A stretch of DNA of 64,000 nucleotides from Monocercomonoides exilis PA203 (lineage: Eukaryota > Protista > Preaxostyla). Made by a program: the position numbers and the translations under genes. Shown here one piece after another: positions 50,201 to 58,754 of this stretch; positions within the stretch are counted from its first letter, which is position 1; every line of letters begins with the position of its first letter. Location of the stretch: the NCBI GenBank assembly GCA_001643675.2, contig LSRY02000004.1, positions 682,001 to 746,000 of the forward strand, in the 5' to 3' direction. The notes beneath the pieces are model-generated. The model made no database searches and was not told the DNA's origin. It saw nothing but the letters and a program-made list of their open reading frames with translations.

Positions 50201-53193
50201 GCTGCGTTTCCGCTTGATGAGCATTTGAGCGAGCAATCAGCCATTGACAGTTCCTCAGACTGGCACAAAAGAAAACAAGAATGCACCCCAAGCTGTGAAG
50301 ATGCTGAAAAACTCAGATTCGAAATGGAGGTTGCAATCTCAACTGTCACCATTCCTTCAGATAGGCTGACAGTTGTACTCGATACTTTAATTTCTCGCCC
50401 TCTTGTGGGACTTTTCACTTCCCATCCATAAACATTAAAGATCAGAGATTCTGTCCATTCAAAGTCTGCATTCAGTGTGATAATTCTTTTGCTGCTGGGA
50501 AAGCGAAGTGCTGCTGCATATCCAATGCTTCCACATGGATAATTGGCTGTGCCACATCCTGAAAAATCTCTGTTTTTAGCTCCTCCAACAAGGGCTGTTC
50601 CTGAAAATGTCTGGAGATATGCCAGAAGAGGAACTGGATTTGTCCTGCACTGCTCTTCAAACCCCATCAGATCATCATCAATCATCCCTGTTTGCGTGAA
50701 CCCGAAAGTGCCCCTCGTTATTGTTGAGCTCAACGAAATTGCATCAACAAATATGTTGTTCCCCTTCCAGGCTTCGCATCCGTTGAACGTAGCATCTCGT
50801 ATCGCAAAGCTCGACGAACTTCCTGTCACTTTCAGATGCATTCCTCCTCCTTTTCCTTTGTTTATGCTGTCCTGTGGCGCTGTGCATCCCTCCATTTCAA
50901 TTCTTTTTGTGGAACCGATTGACACTTTCCCACCAGCATCCAGGAAGAAATTGATAGATCCTCCATTCCCTTTGTTGCACATGCACCTTTCGAATCCCAG
51001 TTCATCCAAATTCAGTTCGTCTCCAGAAGTTAAAGTCACATCAAAAGCCGATCCACTTCCTTCATTTCTCATGATGTTTCTGAAAGTTGTATTCTCAAAA
51101 GTGAAACAGGGCAGTGTAGATGACTCAATCCGGAGAGCAGACACATCAGAAAACATCATGGATTCAACAGTTGTTTTTGACATGTTAAATTGGCCAGCTG
51201 AAATGGATGCAAATGCTGTTGCAAATGGAGAAACTTGCGCTGTCTCAGAAGTTATCTTGCATGAACTGAGCACAAGCTCTCCAGACGCTGAAGAAACGGA
51301 GAACAAAGGCAGCGAAGTGGATGCAGAAGAGTTCCTAATGATGAACAACCCTGTCAGGAAAGCATATCCAGATAATATTTGGAAAAGAGCATTGCCATTT
51401 GAAGAATCTGCACTCAACTTTGTTCCAAAATTACTTGATCCTTCAAAAATCAGATATTTCGAATTAATTGCAAGCGATTGTTCCGCATATGATCCTGTAT
51501 TAATATAGATATGAGCTGGTTGATCCTTTCTTATCGAAGTTGCATCACGGATAGAATTGTATACCGTTAAGCATGGCGAAGTCTTCCAGCCACATAACGC
51601 TTCGTCTCTTCCCAAAGTGTCAACAAAAACCTCAGTTTTTTTAATCCAAGCGCTTTTATCACCACCAACTGCAAAAACGAGACGATTTATTTCGGTAGAG
51701 CTTCTTGACAAGCAACATATGAATTGACTTTTATTCAACACACCTTGCCAAGGAATTGCTGCATAAATATCTTTGCCATCTCCAAGCGCATCACACCCAA
51801 TAAACAAACAATAAGAAAGTGAACTGTAGCGAGCCAAAGAAGCGTTTCTTGAGTCAAAATAGATTGCTCCACCAATTGTTTTATTGGCACTGCAATTTTC
51901 AAAAACAATGTTTGAATAGGATATATTTACTCCTTCCCCATTCCAAATAGCGCCTCCTCCATTACACTCATAATGAATGTCTGAGGCAAAGCAATTGCAA
52001 AATGAACAATCAGCTAAAATATCATCACTTGATATTTTTCGATGCATATGAATGCATCCTCCTCCATATTTTGATTCACAATATGTCATGATGTTATTCT
52101 GGATCGTCACAGGACCATTTCCTTCACATGGAGCAATGCATGATGCATAATTAGTTGTTTTGATAGAACTGAAAGTGTTGTTGATAGATTGAAATATGTA
52201 ACAATATTTTTCGTATATGCATTGCAAAGATGTTGAATTTAGAAAATCTGTATTTTTAACAATGCAAGAACCTGAAGAAGTATGAAAAATGCAATATTCG
52301 GAATGATTTTCATACAAGCAGTTATCAACACGCGTGTCCTCTGAGCCTGTGTGTTTTATCATCAAACCAATTGTTTTGGAGCATCTCAAAAAAGTCGAGT
52401 TCAAAAGATTTTGAGAGCCATCTGAAATTTTTGGAACAATGCAGCCTTCGGTCGGGTTGGTCATAGATGAAACAATGCAGGACGACAGAGTGAATGACGC
52501 GCAATATTTGCAAAATGTGCCTCTCTCGGGGTATTGCTGCGATATGTTCTGGAAGGTGCTGGATTGCATTGAGATGCAGTGAAAATTTGATGATTGGACA
52601 AGCGGCTTTGAATTGCACAACGAAAAAGATGAAAATACAGAGCCCTCAACCTCAACACTGCATTGATAACCTTGATGTGCATCTGCCCGGTGAACGGAAA
52701 CCAACGATGGAAGAAGGTGATTCGATCGAGTCGGAACCAAAGACAAATTGAAAAAGCAAATGGAACTGTCGCATGAATGAATAAAAGCATTGGGTAATTG
52801 ATTTGGCGAAGAAAACAGACAGCTTCCTGCAAAAAATGTTGATTGGCCAAATAATGACACAATTGCACTTCCCCCTGCTGAATTGAATTGAATATTCAAG
52901 CAACCTATGGACGAATTACAAGATGCAATCGATGAAACAACAAAAGTTTGGTAAAACACTTCTTTCATATTTATTTCGGTTGGGAAAGCCATCATTCTTC
53001 TTTCAGCGCTTTCATCAGAACTTTTTTGATTTTCTTTAAAAATCCTCGAACATCCAACGCATAAGCAAAACGATGAATTTTTTTCGTAACTGCTAAATAT
53101 TTTTATGTTTTGCACGTTTTCACTTGTTTCACATCGAATGATTGTAATAAGGAAACATGAAATAAACAATAACTTTGATTTCATAAATATCAT
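41248..53193 (-). CDS. Giant intronless receptor-like protein B (3981 aa): signal peptide, 8 beta-helix-type modules, TM, TKL-like pseudokinase
   Basis: Module starts CGWKTSPC, CGTANYPC, CGFPSSAC, CGFSDYPC, CGADDYPC, CGSAEFAC, CGSEEDPC, CGTLKLPC; TM VIIIVLVIILLIVLIVAVVLAV; tail nearly identical to gene A. Confidence 0.9.
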   Translation of the reverse strand: MIFMKSKLLFISCFLITIIRCETSENVQNIKIFSSYEKNSSFCLCVGCSRIFKENQKSSDESAERRMMAFPTEINMKEVFYQTFVVSSIASCNSSIGCLNIQFNSAGGSAIVSLFGQSTFFAGSCLFSSPNQLPNAFIHSCDSSICFFNLSLVPTRSNHLLPSLVSVHRADAHQGYQCSVEVEGSVFSSFSLCNSKPLVQSSNFHCISMQSSTFQNISQQYPERGTFCKYCASFTLSSCIVSSMTNPTEGCIVPKISDGSQNLLNSTFLRCSKTIGLMIKHTGSEDTRVDNCLYENHSEYCIFHTSSGSCIVKNTDFLNSTSLQCIYEKYCYIFQSINNTFSSIKTTNYASCIAPCEGNGPVTIQNNIMTYCESKYGGGCIHMHRKISSDDILADCSFCNCFASDIHYECNGGGAIWNGEGVNISYSNIVFENCSANKTIGGAIYFDSRNASLARYSSLSYCLFIGCDALGDGKDIYAAIPWQGVLNKSQFICCLSRSSTEINRLVFAVGGDKSAWIKKTEVFVDTLGRDEALCGWKTSPCLTVYNSIRDATSIRKDQPAHIYINTGSYAEQSLAINSKYLIFEGSSNFGTKLSADSSNGNALFQILSGYAFLTGLFIIRNSSASTSLPLFSVSSASGELVLSSCKITSETAQVSPFATAFASISAGQFNMSKTTVESMMFSDVSALRIESSTLPCFTFENTTFRNIMRNEGSGSAFDVTLTSGDELNLDELGFERCMCNKGNGGSINFFLDAGGKVSIGSTKRIEMEGCTAPQDSINKGKGGGMHLKVTGSSSSFAIRDATFNGCEAWKGNNIFVDAISLSSTITRGTFGFTQTGMIDDDLMGFEEQCRTNPVPLLAYLQTFSGTALVGGAKNRDFSGCGTANYPCGSIGYAAALRFPSSKRIITLNADFEWTESLIFNVYGWEVKSPTRGREIKVSSTTVSLSEGMVTVEIATSISNLSFSASSQLGVHSCFLLCQSEELSMADCSLKCSSSGNAAFGFGFIKINDGSLFLNRFSTTSQITFGSASLISLNGAGMLNCAGCNMCSIKRMNGNGGCISIAKNNVLNNNRNREIVIDGCGFSDCCVYGDGGEGGGMSAWLGENDILIVNGSTCFEGCCAPSEEGCGGKGGGICIRCGYVSSSFEIKNEVVFSKETKNKAEYGKDVFVGCESGILLSQMINSSSIGFFDSSELPSDALALSGSENGSASLVIPLHVYLCILQSEIITDSDNGADHTHCGFPSSACLSIDYCIENRISDPLNTIKVLSRSIIQQEVVIWTKSATIYSEALVPISVRDTDRAIQDGLVMCSSPLSLSNLSLNVQRLFAAARKAFLFSSSSLSISNCCVDFSSENTNDPVSFNVIFVESGNLLISGFKMEQATTFTTSPIFADNYNSIKIENSSLTGTRRINGDGGCLYINEANGDEKSITIQSCNFTGSCDEGNGIRGGGVMGKVGSGNFLSVKSTSFENCMVPSEDRESVGNGLGGAMYLFLHESIRSLAFDNISFSGCNAWKGKELFVDGEDLRQIIGDWLQCFKTETILAEDMMGFERSTTNKEFHIPLVLYFREFGEPCFIGGAEENSFDYTGCGFSDYPCGTLQYGGLVRFGDSKASLRLTGRFCFANTIVLSSQEMDIEAETNGTLINVISDGTGEGEGLIDTSNAISFSGIAFNVSTTFTAAERKCLFLCSGSALSLVDCSMNAQSKKIDFGYVTVRGGSLHILRGVLNEIELLGAPVVELSGTSSRCTLEDVEWNNLKTGSVEGLIAVKSSSHVEMKNSKISGPTQFGNHGALFVEELSSATVEKSNFSLLTRNEGNGVVVTGRVGAGKSLSVNFCSFTSINCLASGSKGGSIITTVSANGELLFNNNTVEESKVRKADGLGGGLHMEFLSSEVGYSMKNNKFLSNDAMLGYDVYLVCPTPRITIDRNKWAGSATEGQEEETMWVIDPTFPDGTDTLLKYLFPRADEIIYVNTLNGHTDGCGADDYPCEELWYASRKMTEEKRVLRILSSCELSGEIERENEPTTIEGKGEDGSRVIVGKEGHLKMAVGTTLTTLTISKIGFELPETSDFAELVEVSVGKTYFVECSFGNADPETLAETNMRIITGKGGKISLDRVVIKNMEYKADCGIFLSGEVGCTFDSVEVSNIRSSGKGMVVGEGGTEIFLNKLKSTNCSFENGGFAVLKKVKTLNWKNGTSMKGCRNEGGNGGCGLISVEGESDAKMNGTSIRSCSASEEGGRGGGLYLDISENPLLSIKLTEITFADNCAFEGKDIFVLSTDVNASVVRQRFAFQLQNERNENIVDLKGTDNVLLKGSVTDLLLFLIQRKDDTILVSRGGMDILGCGSAEFACLSFWRGYENIDLEAPNRVIRIETEANIRNHYDLSLFKVVPNKADEKCVMLFENLMETSDSKKSIIQNSKELKFELIQFSLPSSFVNNENTLLLSESADSCLSLNRCTFKSNSASNLEFCLIHSEGGDVQLLNCDFTSLSFSSTPVWLTSSCEISGCNFSSISAKPSQKGGAVYVELVGEATFLMSQTETDDCCCSEECGRGGFAFVECQGALAGTPFVFGEDVSFAGHKAQAGKNIFISAGDLNKSVTLSTLCFDFTKRREDKLLFCGRDLVWEDTGLLRFLETYVSQTIFVSSGGYDIMRCGSEEDPCKGMWKGMKQIDESAPQKWIKISDETIVQDSFVLSNFIIEQVETEEHNQGKLIFANKTESGTDPAISSEGVLQLNRISVVLSEGFWNERQYSFVGKSGVIGISDCSFVAEIRGDAPAKVGFLLMESGVLNVSKLSVENVMSEMGVFSISNGCDCAMQHLAASGCTFSGVSFVKIVSRSFQKENAADCSVAIKNSTFQLITRNGNGPAIISSSGCASVISISGCTFDSCKAVGSEKGGGVFEELHSEGALSMSKSSVIQCGCSNDNGKGGWIYIYANFEGALSFLFEKMTFKGNSAKVGNDIFVECVDIESQINETQFYFDLRDTAYTRLNAIYGIDSTNHKSDTNLMDFITIHQADTIILSSAPSKNGKNDRQCGTLKLPCLTIGYALSHLTNDVESRLLVDDESFVEKEMDLEDLSIASRKEDPSKLTIFRDIAHTRSSVISTSGSVSVSKIEFFFESDFSSAHHILLTAESGSLSLFACSFSQSQEERSAQTIELTLISIENGQVTASQIKISHMHFSAEASIRIAHLSGCVLFSEMKAEDTVLNKGAFILIEGEQPFSEQQKSGGERSVELKDASFDNVSSAQQEEGIIACSLFKGGICLANCTFSNASSKSEAGSVMSFCDCNNVTLHWNVLRGDLDHSEKNENSKEEHICKWASSVVSFVNSTATLKDITIANSSMGGMSVFGGSMTIEKSEFINNNPKIGNYKSVRRNIICAGSGLLNMTSVKGGDGVKDGSSLWVLNEGCTLGGIAEERESVFFIPELESVEAEEDGSVTRLKFAGLLLVPCNLSFRVVKRVGSEALVERYSFDEGGFVSEAEVLGAVPSKTICEAGEEAEVLVCILFGNADTPSSTKAFILKNGSDPKASGDGKPVESRKGYGYSTVIIIVLVIILLIVLIVAVVLAVRWKKVKNEAEDLREIVNDNIRKDPKAFEMVTMEMSPEEQWRRAEREAEKKNEERIKKRVYDTNMQHSESSEHLLSESGSTEYILGRDSDKIPQWALEKDEEEEIRKRTPSPSISSTSSTSTTSTTDSDSTFVRGEDLCPTTSSMSNLVDAMACSSPHEKLIVDLRDSLFMLLHGRNKTKEMPIGSLEEREVTAAQILFLVANLALHSFDEMENKLQSLANLSPHIVLFSEHMVICIVMHSDFSSDDSDSSSISSSTVVTSASDDDDESDSLPSSAFEDEDSFKKECLRWMAPELLSGTKKQATKKTVAFSIGMMLWECLTLQIPFGEYEAVIAGDKIVKGERPNASSVSMSTHFESIKACLSAKASCRPTLVELKRSFIKYFSKGTVFVTVSDAIDFEDEETDEKEVSASIIYISEKLSGENN

Positions 53194-53749
53194 TCAGATT
53201 TAAATATGGGCCAATTATTGGAAATAATATTTCTTTCTATTAAAATTTACAATGTTCAGGATATGAATTGGATAAAATGACAGATCTTTCAAATTTTCCA
53301 AATGTCAACCGGGTTTGTTTTGTGAAAATCGTTCATCAAAAAATTTTTTCGAATAATAAATTACGCAATATCCAAGTAAATTTTTGTCATTTCCATTTTC
53401 ACTGAAAAGAAAAACAAAGAAAGGCATTTAATTAGATATACAAATAATAAAAGCATGAAGAACATTTTTTCTTTTTCTGGAAATATTTATTTTATTTTTA
53501 TCTGCTACACCAAAAATAATTCGATAACGAAAAAGTTTTATTCAAAATCGAAAATTCTTTATCATCAAAATTTTTAGAAAATATTTTGAAAATTCATGCT
53601 CATGTCAGTTCCATTTCTTTCAGTGAATGATCTTCAAATTTTGTTAATTTCAATTACAAAAAAAATTTTTTTCTGTGTTTATAAATTGATTGATTGTGTG
53701 AAATAGCGAAAATATGATAAAATTGAATTATTTCAAAACTCTTCACATA

Positions 53750-55762
53750 GGTGAGTGTTTTTATTGGCACCATTTTTTTATTGGCACCAAATTTTTGAAG
53801 TGATAAAATTCGAAAAATACAGACTCAATTAGCAAAAATAAACAAAACTTTGGTCAAATAATCTTCTCATTTTTCTTTTTCCTGAACTTTGATTTGCAGA
53901 ATTATATTCTTTGAAATAAAGCACCTCATCATGCAAAAATTTTCGACAAACTCTTTTCATCTTTGATTTAAATGGAAGAGTTTCTTCAATAATTTCTGTT
54001 TCGTCTTCGGCTTTAGAACATTTCGCACTTATTCGAATAAAAATAACTTCTACCAACTTTTCTAAGAAATCTTCGTTTGTGAGCTTTTTTCCGAAAAAAT
54101 CAAAACGATTTTTATAAGCGTGCAAAGGAAATAAAAAGTGTTTAAGTAATTTTCGAGAAACTTGTCCTGACGATTTAAACAAAACACTTCTTGCATCAAA
54201 AGCATTCTTTATTACTGATGGAGCGAATGCAGAGTGCCGAGCTTGAGGAAGGGCGTCTTCCATAGTTTTTCTGTTGGAAGAAGCAGTTGAAGATTGTGGG
54301 ATTTCAATTGATGAATTCAAAACTAATTTAAGAACAGCAAAAACACCTCTATCGAGAGGTTGCGAAATATGTGATGTGCGAGGAACAAAAGTGATGACAT
54401 CCACATTCGATTCCATAAATTTTCTCTATATAATAGGGTTTGCACGAGGGCTGTGCGAATCAACGAGAAGTTAACATCTCTCTTCAGTCAATTTCATCCT
54501 TTTCTTTCTTTCTAGTATTTTTGGAAGAAGAACACGCAAAGAGTATCGTTCGAATAAAGAAAAGTTCATCCAACCGTTCATATTGCACCACACATCAAGC
54601 GAAGGAGATAGTAAAGAAGTCATCTCTTCCGGAACATTTGAACTTGGCCAAAGAACAATTGAGGGCAAAGAAAATCCATCTGAGGCAACAGCATCCACAA
54701 GCGTCGCGTTTCGAGCTCTCGAAGGTGCCAGACAATAGGCTGAAAGAGATTCAGAGGATGTCGCAACAAGTTTTTGGCAATTATCAGATTATCTTAGTGA
54801 TGTTTCATCCACATGAAAGACCAGCTCCCTTCTGTATTTGAACTTTGAATGCAAATTATCAAGCGTTTCATACCAAGGTTTCAAAACGTCTTGACAAGAT
54901 GCTGCAAGACGTTTTGAATCTAAAATATTTGCTTTTGAAATTTCAATTCGGGCTGATTTCGCAAGAAGGAATAAGCCGCGGATTTTGAAATTTCTTTTTT
55001 TGGTGAAGCATCAACTGAAATCTCTGAGTCTTCATCTTTAATCGCATTTTCAATCAAAATAGAAACAAATAAATAGAAAAAAATTATTTTGCAAACAAAT
55101 TCTTTTGTTTTCTTCACTGTCAGGTTTGTTCCACACTTTGCTTCAATTTTAATTACGTCTGTAACAATTTCCTTTTTTTCACTTGCGCAGCAATGACGGT
55201 CTTCCTTCTTTGGAAACATCTCTGTCACTTTTAACAGACTTCACTGCATGGATGAGTGTTTTTTTTTGAAAATTGACCGAAGTTGGTTGCATCCACAAGC
55301 CTGGCTTTTCCGTCAATAAGAATTCTCGCCATTCTCTCGAGTCTATTTTCATCAATGCGACAGTTTATCGACGCCATTTCTGCCTGCATTTTTCTTTTTC
55401 CCTCTTCAGCTTTTTTTTTGATCATAATAAATCAAATCAATTTTTTGGGAAATGATCAAAAAAAAAGTCCATTTAAAGCAGCCAAAAGACATTTCAAGTT
55501 TTGATATAGGAAGTATTTGCTTTAATAAATTTTTGTATATTCAATTTGTTTTTATAAAGATTTTGTCATGTTTTTTTCATACGATAATTTCACTAACATT
55601 TTTAACTGTTTCCCCGAAATCAAATAAGAACATCTGTTCATCCGCTGATGACAAAAACAATTGTTTGTGCAAATAATCTTTGTTTCTTATAGAAAATTTT
55701 ATCTTTCACAAAGAAATAGAAAAAATGTGCTAAAAAAAAAGGTTCCAATAAAAACACTAACA
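53750..55762 (-). mobile_element. Decayed pogo-type (Tc1/mariner superfamily) DNA transposon, about 2.0 kb, TA target duplication
   Basis: TA|GGTGAGTGTTTTTATTGGCACCATTTTTTTATTGGCAC at 53750 and a degenerate inverted copy ending …CCAATAAAAACACTAACA|TA at 55762; fragmented transposase inside. Confidence 0.85.
53829..55425 (-). pseudogene. Frameshifted DDE_1 transposase pseudogene
   Basis: Fragments MIKKKAEEGKRK…RLERMA, DGFSLPSIVLWPS and DVITFVPRTSHISQPLDRGVFAVLK are colinear with the 57049-58680 transposase but lie in different frames. Confidence 0.9.
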
Positions 55763-56715
55763 TATGCCCAGGAAAATATTGGTATTTTTTACAAAAATAG
55801 AACAGATAGGATTGTTTTTTATCTTGTTGCATGCACAAAAAGACAGAATTCAATCTCATTAATTTGAAATGAAGTATTATAAATTTCATTTATTGCAATA
55901 GAAATAGTTAAAACGAACCATTTTTAATTTTCAAAATAACAAAAGGATCAATGTATATCAGTCTGAATCATAGAAAACATTTGTTAAAAAAGACAAAAAA
56001 GCATTTCCAATAAATAAGCATATGTTATTATCAACATTTATCTTAAAAATATAACACAAATTATGACTTGATTTTGAAATACTGAACAAATCAACTTTTT
56101 TTTCGTTTTTGAAAAAAACATTATCAATGTTGAATTAAATATTTTCGATGTTGTTTAAAACTTTTTCGTTATTAAACAATTTTTAGTTGTATTAATAAAT
56201 GTTGCAATTGCCCGTTGAATTATTGATCAAGCATTTTTCCAATTGTTTTCAGAATCGTTTCAAAAGTTCTATATGCATAAATTGATGTTCAAAAAAATAA
56301 ATTCTTGGAAAATGTTGTTCATCTATTTGGAAACACTTTCGCAAACGATTTAATAACAAAAAAGTTTTCATCTTTAATGCAAACTTTTTTTCACACTGGG
56401 ATTGCGTTGACACTGTTCACTTCGAGAAGTTCATTTTTTGAAAAGATTTCTATGAAAATGATTGATTTTTTCGTGGATATCATAATTTTGACATATTCAA
56501 AAAAGGTTAATGAACAATTGCAAAAATAAAAAATAAACTATACCTCATTAAATAATAATAAAAAATTAAAAGTTGAAGAACAACTGAAGATAATTATGCT
56601 GAACGTGACTTTTAGAAAACGATAATCAGAAACTTTCAACTGAAAACAAACGAAAATAGAAGAAAAAGAAGAAGAAGAAGCGGTTAAAGAATGAGGAATG
56701 AAATAATTGCCAATA

Positions 56716-58754
56716 GGGTCATCTTTTTATTGGCACTTTTTTCTTTATTGGCACTTTTTTTTTAAATAAAAATTAATCTGACCCACAAATGATATTTTAA
56801 AATATATTTTTGGTATATATACAAATGTGATATATTCTAATATTTGAATTTTGAAAGAAATCCAATTTCTCATGGGGGGGAAATGGGGGGGTTCAAGTCC
56901 TTCCATTGAGCTTTCATGAGAAATTGGACTGCACAAAGGTTTGTAAATATTTCTAATTCATTCAAAAATTTAAATATTAATTAAAAATTCTTTAATGAGA
57001 ATTAATAAATAAAAAAATTTATTAACGATCATTACCCATAATATATATATGAAATTACTAGTGAAAAAGAAAGCTGAAGCGGCGCAGAAGCGGCTGAAGG
57101 AAGCAATGTCAACATTACATTACAGGAAATATGAAACAAGATTGGAAAGGATTGCACACATTGTCAATGATAATGTTGTCAGGCTGGTCGACGGTGTTAA
57201 ATACGGCGGAATCAGCAAGAAGTCATTGGAGCACGCTGTTAAAGCTATAAAAAACGGAAGGCCTATTGCAAAAGTTGGGCACCCACCTATTATAAGCGGC
57301 GAAAAATAAAAGCAATTCTTAGAAGAAGTTACAATAGAATCTCGATCAGGGACAAGCCTCTCGTTACGAAAAGCGCGTGATCTGGTTTGCGATTGATATT
57401 TGAATTGTATATTAATTGGTATTTAGATGGAAAATATAATTAACGATAGTGAAGAAGAAGGAGAAAAAGAAGAAAATAAGAAAAAGACTGTAACTTTAAA
57501 GACAGTTTACGCCTTCATACAGAGACATCCGGAACTGAAGTCCTCGCTGCCAAAGCAAGTTGATATCAACAGACTTGCAGCATCTTGTCAGAAAATCCTA
57601 AAGCCGTGGTATGCAGAATTACAATCATTTCACGATGAAAACAAATATCCAGAAGAATTAATCTTCAATGTTGACGAATCTTCGCTTCGAATTCCGACTT
57701 CTACACGTGGCGTTGTTGTTCATCCTGCAGATGAACAAGCTGGATTCAAAATGACTGCCGAACGGATGCCGAATGCTACTCTCGTTGCTGGAATCGCTGC
57801 TGATGGCTTCTCGCTTCCGTCTGTAGTGCTGTGGCCGAGCGCAAATCTTCCGAAAGAACTGACAACACTGTTGACGCCGTCGCTTGACATTTGGCCAAAC
57901 ACAAACGGCTGGATGGAAAAAACGTCATTCAAAAAATACGCCTTAACAGTTCTGCTGCCAGCTATCATTGACAGAAGAAAGCGAATTCTTAAAGAAACTC
58001 ATCGTTGCCTTCTTCTCCTGGACTCGCACTCATCACGGGCAGATCCAACGATATGGAGACAGTTCAAGGAAGCCGAAATTGACGTCATCACCTTCGTTCC
58101 ACACACCACACACATATCGCAGCCGCTGGACAGAGGCGTATTTGCAGTATTGAAGTCAGAGCTTTCAAACAATTACAGCTCTCCATCATCCACCTCCTCA
58201 TCTTCAAAAAGAACAGCTGTTGCAGATGTGTTGCCACAAGCCCTTCACACAGCATTCACACCATCAGTCATCAAAAAAGCCTTCATTAACAGCGGAGTCC
58301 TCAGCAATGGATCTGGATCTGTGTTGATGAAGCTTCCTCAGTCTTCTCAATACTTCATTCCTTCTCATTCACATTGTTTCGACTTCTTCGGAAAAGAAAT
58401 AACAAAAGAAAAGCTTCTTGATGAATGGGATGAATATAATGAAAAGCACAAGATGAAAATTGAAGAAATTGAAGAAAAAGAAAAGGAAATTGAAGAAAAT
58501 GTTGAAAAAGAAAATGAAATTGAAGAAGAAGAATTGCCTTTGGAGAAAAAAGTTAAAAGAAAATTCAGAAAAATTAAGAATGATGACGATGAAACAAGTG
58601 ATGAATTTGACCCCTTTGAACGTGAAAATGGAAAAAGAAAAGTGAGAAGAGTAATTGATTCGAGTTTTGTATTTTTTTGATGTGTTTTTAATTTTTTTTC
58701 ATTTCAAAAAATTTTGGTGCCAATAAAGAAAAAGTGCCAATAAAAAGATGACCC
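56716..58754 (+). mobile_element. Near-intact pogo-type DD35D DNA transposon (2039 bp), 39/38-bp TIRs, TA target duplication
   Basis: TA|GGGTCATCTTTTTATTGGCACTTTTTTCTTTATTGGCAC (56716-56754) and its inverse at 58717-58754|TA differ by one base in a T run. Confidence 0.95.
57049..58680 (+). CDS. pogo-like DDE_1 transposase; exons 57049-57384 and 57427-58680; one in-frame TAA at 57307-57309
   Basis: Triad FNVDES, LLLLDSHSS, SQPLDRGVF (35 residues between D2 and D3); 42-nt GTTTGC…TTTAG phase-0 intron; N-terminal region aligns with the decayed copy across the stop. Confidence 0.88.

Noticed and set aside
56880-56910. tRNA gene
   Set aside because: Only a T-arm-like motif; no D-arm, anticodon arm or acceptor stem.
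53750-58754. Fanzor/TnpB RNA-guided nuclease cargo
   Set aside because: Each element holds only a DDE_1 transposase; no RuvC or zinc-finger ORF is present.
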